A stretch of DNA of 64,000 nucleotides from NCBI RefSeq assembly GCF_006345805.1, contig NC_043025.1, positions 15,438,001 to 15,502,000 of the forward strand, given 5' to 3'. Positions 38,046 to 48,998 of the stretch are shown here, piece by piece. Each line of letters opens with the position of its first letter. Positions within the stretch are counted from its first letter, which is position 1. This stretch comes from Octopus sinensis. Lineage: Eukaryota. Below the pieces are notes generated by a model that made no database searches, was not told the DNA's origin, and saw nothing but the letters and a program-made list of their open reading frames with translations. The position numbers were made by a program, and so were the translations under genes.

Positions 38046-41032
38046 CAGATTCCACTATTGCGCCTACTGCTGCTCCGGGACGACAAGATAGACGAGATGG
38101 ACGGTGACACTTTCGAATGTTCAGACTCATTTCGGTTGTTCTGCTGAACCGGTTTCAATTCCTTGCCTTTCTCAAACGTCGTGCCGAGCGGTTGCAGGGG
38201 TGATAGCTTCTCAGCAGCAGGTCGCTTCAAGACAGACCTCAGTGGCAGTTCCGACGACCCCTGGGGTGACAGATCAGTGGGCGTCGACGGGGACTTGGCA
38301 TCAGTGAGGTCACTGTTGGATGGGGACAGGGGGCAGCACACAAGCTCCAATGAGCTGCGACGAGAGCTGTTCTCGCTCGAGTGGATCGATGAGTTGCCAC
38401 TCTTCACTTGATCCTCGATTGACCGGATCAGGTTCTTCACAGACATCGTTTGGTTCTTGCTGTCCATACGTCGGCCTTCTCGCAGCGCAATCAACTCCCG
38501 ATCGACTGAGCTAAGCATTTTACCTTTTAGCTCAGCAGGCGAGAAGATTGGCTTTGATGACCGTTCGTCCCAGGAGCGGAGTTTCACGCTGTCCAGCTCA
38601 TCCTTTGCTTTGCTCAGCTGACTCTGCAACGACTTCAGTTTCTCCCGCATTGACGCATTCTCACAGACCAGCCGTTCCATATCCTCCTGGGTCTCTGTCC
38701 GGAAATCATTAGCAATGACCACTGCCACCTGCAGGTCTTTCTGGAACTGCTTCCATTCCTCGGATTCCTCTTCGTGTCGGTGATGGACGTCATGCAGTTC
38801 TGACTCCACGACCGACTTCTGCCGAAGCAGGTCTTTGATTTCCTGTTGCAGTTCTTGGATCTTTGCATTGCACCTCTTCACATCGTCACGGTAACGGTCA
38901 CAGTCCTGTTCCAGCTGTTCAATGTGGTCCCGCAGTGTTTCCTCTTCCTGCTGAATGTCTACCCGTTCCTTTTGCATTGCGTCTACCTTCAGCTCCAGTT
39001 CAGAGATCCTTGTTTTGGAGTTTGACTTGAGGCCCCTCACCTCTTCCTCACGTGCCATCAGGGTCCCGCGCACTTTTTCCATCTCTCGTTGCAACAGCAA
39101 AATCTCTTCTGTCAGGTTGGTCACCTTCATCTCCATCTCATCCTTCTCCTTCCGAGTGGTCAACAGCAGCTGTTCAAGGTCAGACTTGTTGTCCTGAGCC
39201 AACTGCATTTGCTCCAGCTTTTCGACCTTTGACCGCTCGCATTCCAGCATGGTCTTGTACCGGGTCATCTCAATCCTGTCGTCTGACAGTGACTGCTTCA
39301 TCTCGGAAATCAGTTTCTCCGAGTTCTCTTTCTCTTCGGTCAATGTATCCACCTCACCCTGGAGCAGCTGTGTTTTGTCCCGAAGGGCACTCACAAGTTC
39401 CTGTGCCTCTCGGTTCTCGGTGATGGCCATCTGGAGCTCATTCGAATACTCGTCCTGTTTGCGCAGCATCTCTTCTCGCTCGATCGATGCACTCTTGAGC
39501 AAATCAATCATTTGTTGTTCTCGCTCTGTGCTGTTTATCAGACTGCTGTTGATCAATAATGACTTCAGGTGCTCCAGCTGGGTGCGACAGTGCTCCAGCT
39601 TCTCAGTCTGCGTGCACAGCGACTCAAGCACGACGCCTCGTTCGTCTGCAAGCTTCTCGTTATCCTCAGTCAATTCGTTCACCATGTCCTGGAGATCGCT
39701 AAGTTCCTGCAATGTTGCCTGCAGTTCCTCGTTAGTGCTGTAATGAGTCTCTTCCATCTGAAGGATCCGCTCCGTGAGGCACGCCACCGACACCTCACTC
39801 ATTGCGTCGCTGCTTTTGTTGCTCTGTTTGTCCCAGCCGACATTGTCCAGCGACAGCTCCGAGGGGTGTTCTGGTGTGCCACACAGGTCATCCAACGTCA
39901 AGCCCGGTTCGGACATGGGATAGTCGTAACGCCTCGGACAAGGTTCTCGCAGAGAGTCAAAATTGGATAGATTATCACAACTTATGCTTGACGGCATCAC
40001 TTTGCTAGCAGGTTCACTTTGGTTTGACGATGGTGGACTTGGGGTCTTCTTTGGCATGGAAATTTTCTCAGCATCGGGGAGTTGCTCAATAGAGATACCA
40101 AATTCCTTTAAGCGTTCTTGAAGAACTTTGTTCTGATTCCTAAGCAACTCACATTCCTCTCGAAGATCCTGAGATGGGATTTGTTCTTTAAGATTCCTTA
40201 TCTCGTACTTGTGCCTCTCAATCTCTGCTTTCCGCCCTTCAGTGATCTGGATCAATTCTGAAATGCGGTTTTCCAGGGCCTTTTTCTCACGCTCAAAATT
40301 GGCAAGCAGCTCGGCATTGTACGCCATCACATCAGCCGGTGCCGAAGTCCTCTTACGTACCGTCTTATCTTTGGTCATGCTTTGTGAACTGTGTGCCCGC
40401 TTCATCGAAGAGTGGGTCTTGCCACTGGAGTGTAAACCCGCCGACCCCGTCGTGAAAACGCCTTTGCCAGTTTTATCAATGTTCTGGGTACTCGATGCTT
40501 TGCGGATGGTTGAATTTACACCTGTGGCAGTCCGTCCACCTTTGGTCGTCGTTGACGACGAAGATGTCGTCGTCGTCGTAGCTGCTGTCGTTGACGATGT
40601 GGTGATTGTTGCCGAAGTCCCAGTCGGGGCCGGTTTCGCAAACACCACATTCTTCTCCTTCTCTTTGAGGACATTCTCCTTGTTGCTGCTCGTCTTGCTA
40701 ACGCCGGTCCCACCGCTGTTTACCTTTGGTCTGTCCGGTAACAGAGAAAGCTGCTTCTTCTTCTTCTGCTGTTGGTGGGTGGTGAGGTTTTCGTGGCTTT
40801 TGCTCAGATATTGTTTACTGAGTGGGGCACCCATTATTTTTCTTGAGGACGGTGTGGATGTAGAGATGGTGCTAAGTCCGGAGTTCTCAGATTTCGATCG
40901 CATCGGTGCCACCGTTTCGGTGGCTGTCGTCATTGTCGTGGTGGTGGTGGTGGTACTGTTGCTGCTGACTACAAACATCTTGGAGGGCCCTTTCTCTTGC
41001 TTCTTCATGGTAAGAACCTTCTGGCCAACTTT
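38046..41032 (-). CDS. SPECC1L: Cytospin-A (SPECC1L-like) large exon: Ser/Thr-rich N-terminus and long coiled coil; likely start ATG at 41008
   Basis: 988-aa ORF with YNAELLANFEREKKALE... and EWKQFQKDLQVAVVIANDF, characteristic of cytospins. Acceptor ttttacag|AAAG at 41032. Donor ATCTG|gtgagt at 38046, phase 2, matches the next exon. Confidence 0.93.
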
Positions 41033-41132
41033 CTGTAAAAAAAAAAGAAAAAAAAAGACAAGTTATTAAACAATACCAAAAACAAAAGGACAAACTAAAA
41101 AAAAAAGGGATGCTGGAAATAGTAACGACCCC

Positions 41133-41351
41133 TTAAACCTTTAGCATTTAAACCGGCCAAAAGTATTCTGCCTGTTTTATGTCCAAACTGGCCAGATTTG
41201 GTCTCTCACACCAACCCCACAATATCACTTTAAAAATTAACAGCTTCCTCATCAAAATCTCATAAATACAAGATAATGTAAGATTAGTTCAAACCAATGT
41301 GGATAAAAAAGGATTAGTTTTGGCAGAATAGTGCGAACACTAAAGGGTTAA
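41133..41351. mobile_element. Possible piggyBac-type MITE (TTAA-flanked)
   Basis: TTAA-ACCTTTAGCATT ... AACACTAAAGGG-TTAA. Short imperfect TIRs. Confidence 0.4.
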
Positions 41352-41430
41352 ATGACGAAATGGTTGCATGATGGCATGTGCCAAATGGGAACTGGGCTGG
41401 AATAACTGTATCCACATAACTACATCCACA

Positions 41431-41649
41431 CCAGAAGGTTCTTACCATGAAGAAGCAAGAGAAAGGGCCCTCCAAGATGTTTGTAGTCAGCAGCAACAGT
41501 ACCACCACCACCACCACCACCACGACAATGACGACAGCCACCGAAACGGTGGCACCGATGCGATCGAAATCTGAGAACTCTGGACTTAGCACCATCTCTA
41601 CATTCACACCGTCCTCAAGAAAAATAATGGGTGCCCCACTCAGTAAACA
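41431..41649 (+). repeat. Inverted partial duplication of cytospin exon 5' end (copy of 40812-41024)
   Basis: 219 bp, reverse complement of 213 exon nt. Two substitutions and two extra ACC triplets. Confidence 0.97.
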
Positions 41650-42182
41650 TAAAGAACTTCTTTCAGTTTCCGTCTACCAAATCCATTTACAAGGCTTTGT
41701 TGGCCTGGGGCTAAGTAGAAGACACCATGACCAAGGTGCTGAGCACTGAGATGGAACTTGAAACCTTGTGGTTGGGAAGTAAACTTCTTACGACATGGCC
41801 ATGCCCTACACCTACACACACATATCCTATATGCATGTACCTGTCTGGCTTCTCCTACTGTATTTCTGTATTACACACACACACACACACATACAGGGTG
41901 CAGTGAATAAATTTGTCTAAATTACGCAAAAATGAAAATAAGACTGACATTTCATTCTAACAGATATATTTACCAAAATTACACAAAAATATCTTCAAAG
42001 AGTAAATTTATTCAACCACAATCCCTAGATGACCTTGGAATCTCCTCCAACTCTTCTTGATGGTCTCCTTGTTTAAGTTGGTGAATGCTGCCATAATCCT
42101 TGCCTTCAGTTCATCTTTGGTGTTACAAGGAGTTTTGTTGGTCTCTCACTCAACTGTGCCCTACACATAATAAGGAAGGGAG

Positions 42183-42584
42183 GGATCTTTTCGGTTTGAC
42201 TGGCAGTTTTTTAAAATAATTTCCACGTAACTAAACACTTTTAAACTTCGTATTCTGGTAGAATGTGTTTATAAAACATCTTTTTCTCTTGGCTTTGAGA
42301 AAATTCTATAGTTTCTAAGATATTTGTTGTTTTTTTTCTTCACTTTATGCAATTTCAACCAATCAATGACATCTATTGAGGTAAAAAACATTCTGTGCCG
42401 TATGAATATGTCCCTCGTTTAAGAAACAGATTGGGTTTATTTACATTTCTGAAGAAAAAAGATACCCCCCCCCCTAACCCTAAAACAGATCGAAATGCAA
42501 TAGATCGATACTAGGGTCATATTTATGGGTGACAATTTCATATGACACCGCTAGAAAAAACTGCCGTTCAAACCGAAAAGATCC
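42183..42584 (-). mobile_element. Same MITE family, opposite orientation
   Basis: TIRs present; TSD GAAGGGAG/GAAGGGGG. Confidence 0.88.
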
Positions 42585-45500
42585 GAAGGGGGTTGCAGTC
42601 AGGGGAGTAAGGTGCCTAGATGTTAAGGGTGTTGTGGTTACAGAAATTGACTGACAGCCATGCTGCAGAGTCCTGTTACCAGACATAGGGTCTTGCAGCA
42701 GCCACCCTCTTGACCCAGGGCAGCACCACCTCCTTCAGGTACTTGATGTAGGCATAACATCACCATCACTAGTGATCACTCCAAACACCATGATGCTGAC
42801 TGGATGTTTGATTTTTATCACTCTTGGTACATGTTTTGGGGACACAGCAAGTCCTTAGATTGACACCCAAACACTCTGAAAATGTCTGTATTGGAGCTTT
42901 CAAAGCGAATACCAAGCAGTACATTATGTTGTTTCCAAATTTCTGACAGACTGAATTGTGCCATGGCACTGTTTTTGTCACAGACGGTGCCCAACTGACA
43001 CTACTATACTGTGTAGCTGACAAAATCAAGAACAAACGATGCACAGGGGCGAAATTAAAAATATAAAATGGCAACAATTTACCCATCGCACCCCACATGT
43101 ATGTATGTGTGTGTGTATATATATATAAAGTTAATCCAAACAAGAAAACAAAAACAAAAAACAACAACGCAAGGACGTGGAACAAATAAAGTATTATTGG
43201 ACGCTCAGGAAAGAAGGAGGGTTTGACGTTTTGAGCGGAGCTCTTCGTCGGAAACATAGGAGAAGGAAAGATCCAGAGAAGGGAAGACGGGAAAAAAAAT
43301 CGCTAGTGATACAGACGAGGTCACATATTAATATATACGACAGGCTTCTTTCAGTTTCTGTCTACCAAATCCACTCACAAGTGTTTGGTCGGCCTGAGGC
43401 TATTGTAGAAGACACTTGCCCAAGGTGCCACACAGTGGGAATGAACCCAGAACCATGTGGTTGGTAAGCAAGCTACTTACCACACAGCCACGCCTGTAAT
43501 GACAATATTATAACACACTACAATACATGGGTCCACTCTAAGGGGACACGAACTATAGGGATGATGATGATGATAGCCGTACAACAGCCACACAAACACA
43601 CCATCAAACTCAACAAGACCTGACTCACTGAACAGATTGAGCAAGGACATTTGGGACATCGATGGTGGTGGAGGTAGTGGTGACAGTAGTGATGGTGTGG
43701 TGGAGGTAGTGGCTGTGGTACTATGGGAATGGTAGCTGCAGTATGGGTGGTACAGTGACAGCAGTGATGTGGTGTAGTAGTAGTAGTTGTAGCAGTGCTA
43801 GTTGAAATCCTATCACACAAGTGTCTCCAAAGGTGAAGGTGGTGGTGCAAAAGTGTCTTCGAGATCCGAGGCAGTGGAGCACCCACCAATGGTGAAGAGT
43901 GCAAAAAAATCACAAGAGAGTGGACAACAACCTGCCTCCACCCTCTCTTTCTTATACCCCCCCCCCGTATTTCCTCCTCCTCCTCCTCTCCTATATTTTA
44001 ACTGCTACCCCACCCCCTATTCTCTCTGTATCTATCTTCATTTCTGTATCCCTCTATACACTAACTCTCCCTCTTTCCCTGTCCATCTCTCTCTATTTCT
44101 CTGCATCTGTCTGTGTGTCTCTCACTGTCTCTCAGTTTCCGATGGAGGAAAAACAGTAGTTAAGGGTGAGTGGGGGGGGGGAGAGAGAGAGAGAGAGAAG
44201 AAAGAGAGAGAGAGAGAGAGATGGTGATGATGTGTCCTTTTTATAGGTTATTACTGGATTATATAAACTGCACATGTGGGAAAGTGTGTGTGTGTGTGTT
44301 TGTATACACACACACACAAACACACAAGTGTGCATAAGTTTGTATACACACATACTTGTATATACACACACACACACAAGTAAGCTGGACAATAATTACT
44401 TCACTGGTACTCAACCACCACCACCACCACCACCACCACCACCACCATACAGTAACACAAAGCTGAACCATAATTAGCATCTTGGAAAATTAATATTGTC
44501 TGGGGGGAACTGGTGGGGGGGGGGAGAAATGAGAGGGGGAGAGAAGGAGAGAGAGAGAGAAAGGTAAGTGAAAATAAGATGAGGAAGAAAGCAGAATGAA
44601 GGGAAAAAGATTTGAAGATAACCCCTCCCCTGCTCCCCAACACACTATTAATAGCAAGAAGTGTGTGTGTGTTGTGGGGGTTCCTCTGAAAGTGGGGGAT
44701 AGGTAATAAACAGTCCTTCAACTAAGACAATGTAAAACAAGAAGAAAAGAAAAAACTGGAAGCAGAATGGGGGACAAAGCATCTGCTGAGGGGAGTGAGG
44801 CAACTGGTGTCTCCGTTTTGGTCTCACTGTTTATAATGACTAATTTAGAGCAGACCTTGTCTATCCTACCACTGAATGGAATGGCATATCATTAATGCTC
44901 CCCTGGGTCTTGGGGGGGGGGCAGATTTTTAATCAAATAGAAGCAAATTTTGCTCAGTGTTTAACTGTCCAAATTTCTTAATCTATTCCACTGGACATGT
45001 TTGTCCACCTTTTAGCGCCCTCTATGTTCAGTTTTTATGGAAACTACTGAAGAAAGTGAGGCCTTTTAAAATGAAAGTATTTTGCACATTGGTACAGCAT
45101 CAGTCATTAGACTGTGGCCATGCTGGGGCAACACCTTGAAGAATATTTTGGTGAATGAATTAACCCCAGTTCTTACGTTTTTTGAAAGCCTAATTATTAT
45201 TCCGTTGGTCTCTTTTACCAAACTGCAAAGCTACAAGGACATAAACACACCGAAAGGTGTGTTTATGTGGCAGGGGACAAAGACACACATATCATCATTT
45301 AACATTCATTTTCCATGCTGGCATGGGTTAGATGGTTTGACTGGAACCAGAAAGCCAGAGAGCCACCATCAACTTCTACTGTCTGATCTGGCATGGTTTC
45401 TATGGCCGGATGCCCTTCCGAACACCAACCACTTCACAGAGTGGCACTGGGTGTCATTTACATGCTACCAGCACGGTACCTTTTGTGTCTCAGAGAGGCT

Positions 45501-45962
45501 TCTTTCAGTTTCTGTTTACCAAATCCAAACACTAGATTTTGGTCAGTCTGTGACTTATAACAAAAGAGACTTGTCCAAGGTTTCACACAATGGGACTGAA
45601 CCTGGAACCATGTGGTTGGGAAGCAAGCTTCTTGCCTCACCGCCACCCCGATGCCTATTCACTAACATAATCTCCTTCTTCTACACGTAAGACATTCGAG
45701 TGGACTTGTGCCTTCTCTTTTAAATGACTAAAGAAGATGAAGACTTCTAGAATGAAATTCTATTGGACCTTGCTACAAACATCAATCGTGTTTTCTGCTC
45801 CCCGATAACACAACCACCTCCTCATACACAAAAGACATAAGTAGGGACTGACCTGGGGTTAAACAACATGGAAGGGCATGATGTTGCTCTTGATGCACTA
45901 TTTCTGAATAAAAGACAGGGTGGTCATAGCTGGAACATCTTTGATTACTTGTGGCTGTGATA

Positions 45963-46200
45963 TAAGGCGGCGAGCTGGCAGAATTGTTAGCATGCCGGGC
46001 GAAATGCTTTGTGGTATTTCATCCCTCGCTGCGTTCTAAGTTCAAATTCCGCCGGGGGTCGACTTTGCCTTTCATCCTTTAGGGGTCTATAAATTAAGTA
46101 CCAGTGACACACTGGGGTCGATATAATCGACTTAATTCGTTTGTCTGTTCTCGTTTGTCCCCTCTGTGTTTAGCCCCTTGTGGGTAGTAAAGAAATAGGT
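45963..46200 (+). mobile_element. tRNA-head SINE family C, full length
   Basis: A-box TGGCAGAATTG, B-box GTTCAAATTCC and the shared tail. Degraded copies near 7027, 7800, 21440, 21860, 22075, 35705 and 63570. Confidence 0.85.
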
Positions 46201-46529
46201 ATCAACCTAAAGAAACTGTGTGATTTATCCTAGAAAATATTCCCTTATCTGGGGCTGGTGGGGTTTCATTGGGACTTTTTGAGTTGGAATCCCACCAGAA
46301 GCGTCAACTTCACCTTTCCTCTTTTTCAGGGTCAATAAGATCCAGAACTAGCAAAATATTTGGGTTGTTAACATCAACCACTCACCTCCTCCCTCTGAAG
46401 TAAAGACCAAACACACAGCGTGCGTGTACATTTAATTGGCCAAATATGCCCATCCCCACCAACTAGAACAATGTTTCAACAAACGATTTCATATCAGAAA
46501 TCTTGCAAAACAAATGTGTGTGTGTGTGT

Positions 46530-46902
46530 AGGTGTGCAGGCATAGCTGTGTGGTAAGAAGCTTGCTCCCCAACTACAGAGTTCGGGGTTCAATCCCACTG
46601 TGTGGCACCTTGGGAAAGTGTTTCTACTATGGCCTTGGGCCAACCAAAACCTTACGAGTGGATTTGGTAGATGGAAACTGAAAGAAACCCATGGTATGTA
46701 TGTGTGTGTGTGTGTCTCCCCATCATTGCTTGGCAACCGGTGTTGGTGTGTTTACAGCCATGTACCTTAGTGGTCGGTAAACAAGGTTGACAGAATAAGT
46801 ACTAGGTTTATAAAATAAGTCCTGGGGTTGATTTGCACAACTAAAACCCTTCAAGGTGGTGCTCCAGCATGGCTGCAGTCAAATGACTGAAACAAGAGTA
46901 AA
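46530..46902 (+). mobile_element. SINE family B
   Basis: Colinear with the family B consensus. Confidence 0.8.
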
Positions 46903-48054
46903 AATAGTATAGACACACACACACACAATAGGCTTCCACACAGTTTCTTTCCATCTACCAAATTGGTCATTGGTCAGTTTCGGTCTATTAGTAGAAGACT
47001 TTTAAGCAAAGTGCTGCTGGCCAGGACTTGAACCTGAAACCACACGGTTGCAAAGCAGAGCTTCTTAGCCACACAGCCAGGCTGAAGATATTGTCTCCAC
47101 CACCACCACTGCCTCCTCACCCCATCCCCTGCCACCACTGTACCCTATCATTATACCCTCCAGTTATACAGGGTAGCAGCAGTAGCAGTGGTAGTAGTAG
47201 TAGCAGTGGTAGTAGTAGCTGTTGAACATATTTGGAAAGGAGGAAACTTAATGGAAGTTTAACAACCACCTGGGGTGGTGGAAGTAAGGGTAGTGATGAT
47301 GGTGGTTTTGGTGGTGTATATGATGGTTTGTGGCTTAAAATAGGTCATCACCAATTTGGTTGTAAGGAGAGAGTGGGGGGGATGAGAGGGGGCGGGGGCG
47401 AGGGGGTGGAAGGGTAGAGGGGGGGTTACCCCTCTGTCAACTTTATGCAAACAAACTTTACATATTTTTTTCTTTGGTGACCCAGCAGCAGCAGATCTTG
47501 ACTAGACATGGCTTGCAAGGCTAAGGGTGGCTGGCAGTGAGGGGTGGTGATGGTGGGTGGGGTGGGGGCAGTTTTGTGAATATAATGGTCATAGCGGTGA
47601 TGGTGATGGTGGCAGGGGGCCCTCAGCTTAGTGGTGGTGGTGGTGTTTATAGTTTTAATAGTTGTGGTGACCAGGAGACAATCTTGTTAGCATGGTGGTG
47701 GTGGTGGTGGTGGTAAAATGGAGTTCCTTGTGGAGGGGGTAGCTGCAAGTGAGAGGAGAGCTTGGTTGCTAAAAAAAAAAAAATTACTAATACTACTACT
47801 ACTACAAACACAAACCACAAAACTGAAAGAAAGCATTGACTGCTAGAAACAGCAAGCAAATCTCCCTCACAAGTACACACATGTATGAACATGAGCAAGT
47901 GATGTATCTAAATTATTTGACATGCTAGAAATAGCAACTTAATCTTTCTTAAAGACCTGTCAAAAACTGAAGGACACATTGAGTGGAAGCTTTGGGTGCA
48001 GTGTGCAGAAATAAGATGGAATGTCTTTGATCAGGTGTTTTGGATCGAGAGTGC

Positions 48055-48430
48055 CCGGGGCTAAACAACAACATTAGATAATGTAGTCCTAGATACACAA
48101 TGCCAAAATAAAAGACAGGATGGTCCCAGCTGGAACATCTTTAAACATGTCTGCTGGACCAGGGCAGCCCTGGTGCTAAAGAACAACAGAAACAAGGAAG
48201 GACACGTTAGATAATGTACTCCTAGATACACTATGATGGTCACAGTTGGAACATTTCTGACCATAAGTTCACTTGATATGCAGTGACCTGGTGTTAAACA
48301 ACAACAACACATTAGATAATGTAGTCCTAGATACACTATGTCTGAATAAAAGACAGGGTGGTCAAAGGTGGAACATCTTTGATTATAGGTCTGCTGGATC
48401 AAGACTGGCCTAGGGCTAAACAACAAGAGC
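48055..48430 (+). repeat. Diverged tandem units of about 120 bp (ctaaacaacaac...ttagataatgtagtcctagatacac...); related reverse copy at 11810-11980
   Basis: Three recurring ttagataatgta[g/c]tcctagatacac motifs. Confidence 0.65.
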
Positions 48431-48600
48431 ATAATTGTTTATAAAGACCAAACCCGTTCCCAATCATTGTTTTATGTCCACTCATCTATGCTGGCATGGG
48501 TTAGATGGATCCTCTCCCACATAGCACCCTCACTGCTTGCGTTCCCTCCTCATCTCCGTCCCTCTACATCTTGCAATCAGCTTTCATCATTTCTGCCCAT

Positions 48601-48998
48601 AGGTACAGGTGTGGCTGTGTGGTAAGAAGCTTGCTTCCCAACCACATGGTTCCAGGTTCAGTCCCACTGCATGGCACCTTAGGCAAATGTCTTTTACTAT
48701 AGCCTCAAGCTGACCAAAGACTTGTGAGTGGATTTGGTAGATGGAAACTGAAAGAAGCCCCAGCATGTATATATAACGTGTGTGTGTGTGTGTGTTTGTC
48801 CCCCCCCCTCTTGAAAACTGATATTTATGTGTGTACATCCTCATAACTTAGTGGTTTGGCAAAAGAGACTGATAGAATAAGTACCAGGCATAAAAAAACA
48901 AACAAAACAAGTGCAGGGGTCGATTAATGGGGACTAAAATCTCTTCAAGGTGGTGCCCCAGCATGGTCACTGTCTAAAGCTGAAACATGTAAAAGTTA
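48601..48998 (+). mobile_element. SINE family B
   Basis: Colinear with the family B consensus. Confidence 0.8.

Noticed and set aside
38955-41069. Plus-strand ORFs (286, 164, 133, 123 aa and others)
   Set aside because: Antisense shadows of the cytospin coding exon.
41447-41749. 100-aa ORF starting MKKQEKGPSK as a cytospin paralog
   Set aside because: Only a 219-bp inverted fragment that runs into a SINE; no further exons.
43802-44227. 141-aa plus-strand ORF (MKSYHTSVSK...)
   Set aside because: Low complexity, no recognisable domain or consistent splice sites, and antisense to the cytospin intron.
47376-47430. G-run cluster (potential G-quadruplex)
   Set aside because: Embedded in GGT/GA low-complexity sequence common in this window; nothing indicates function.
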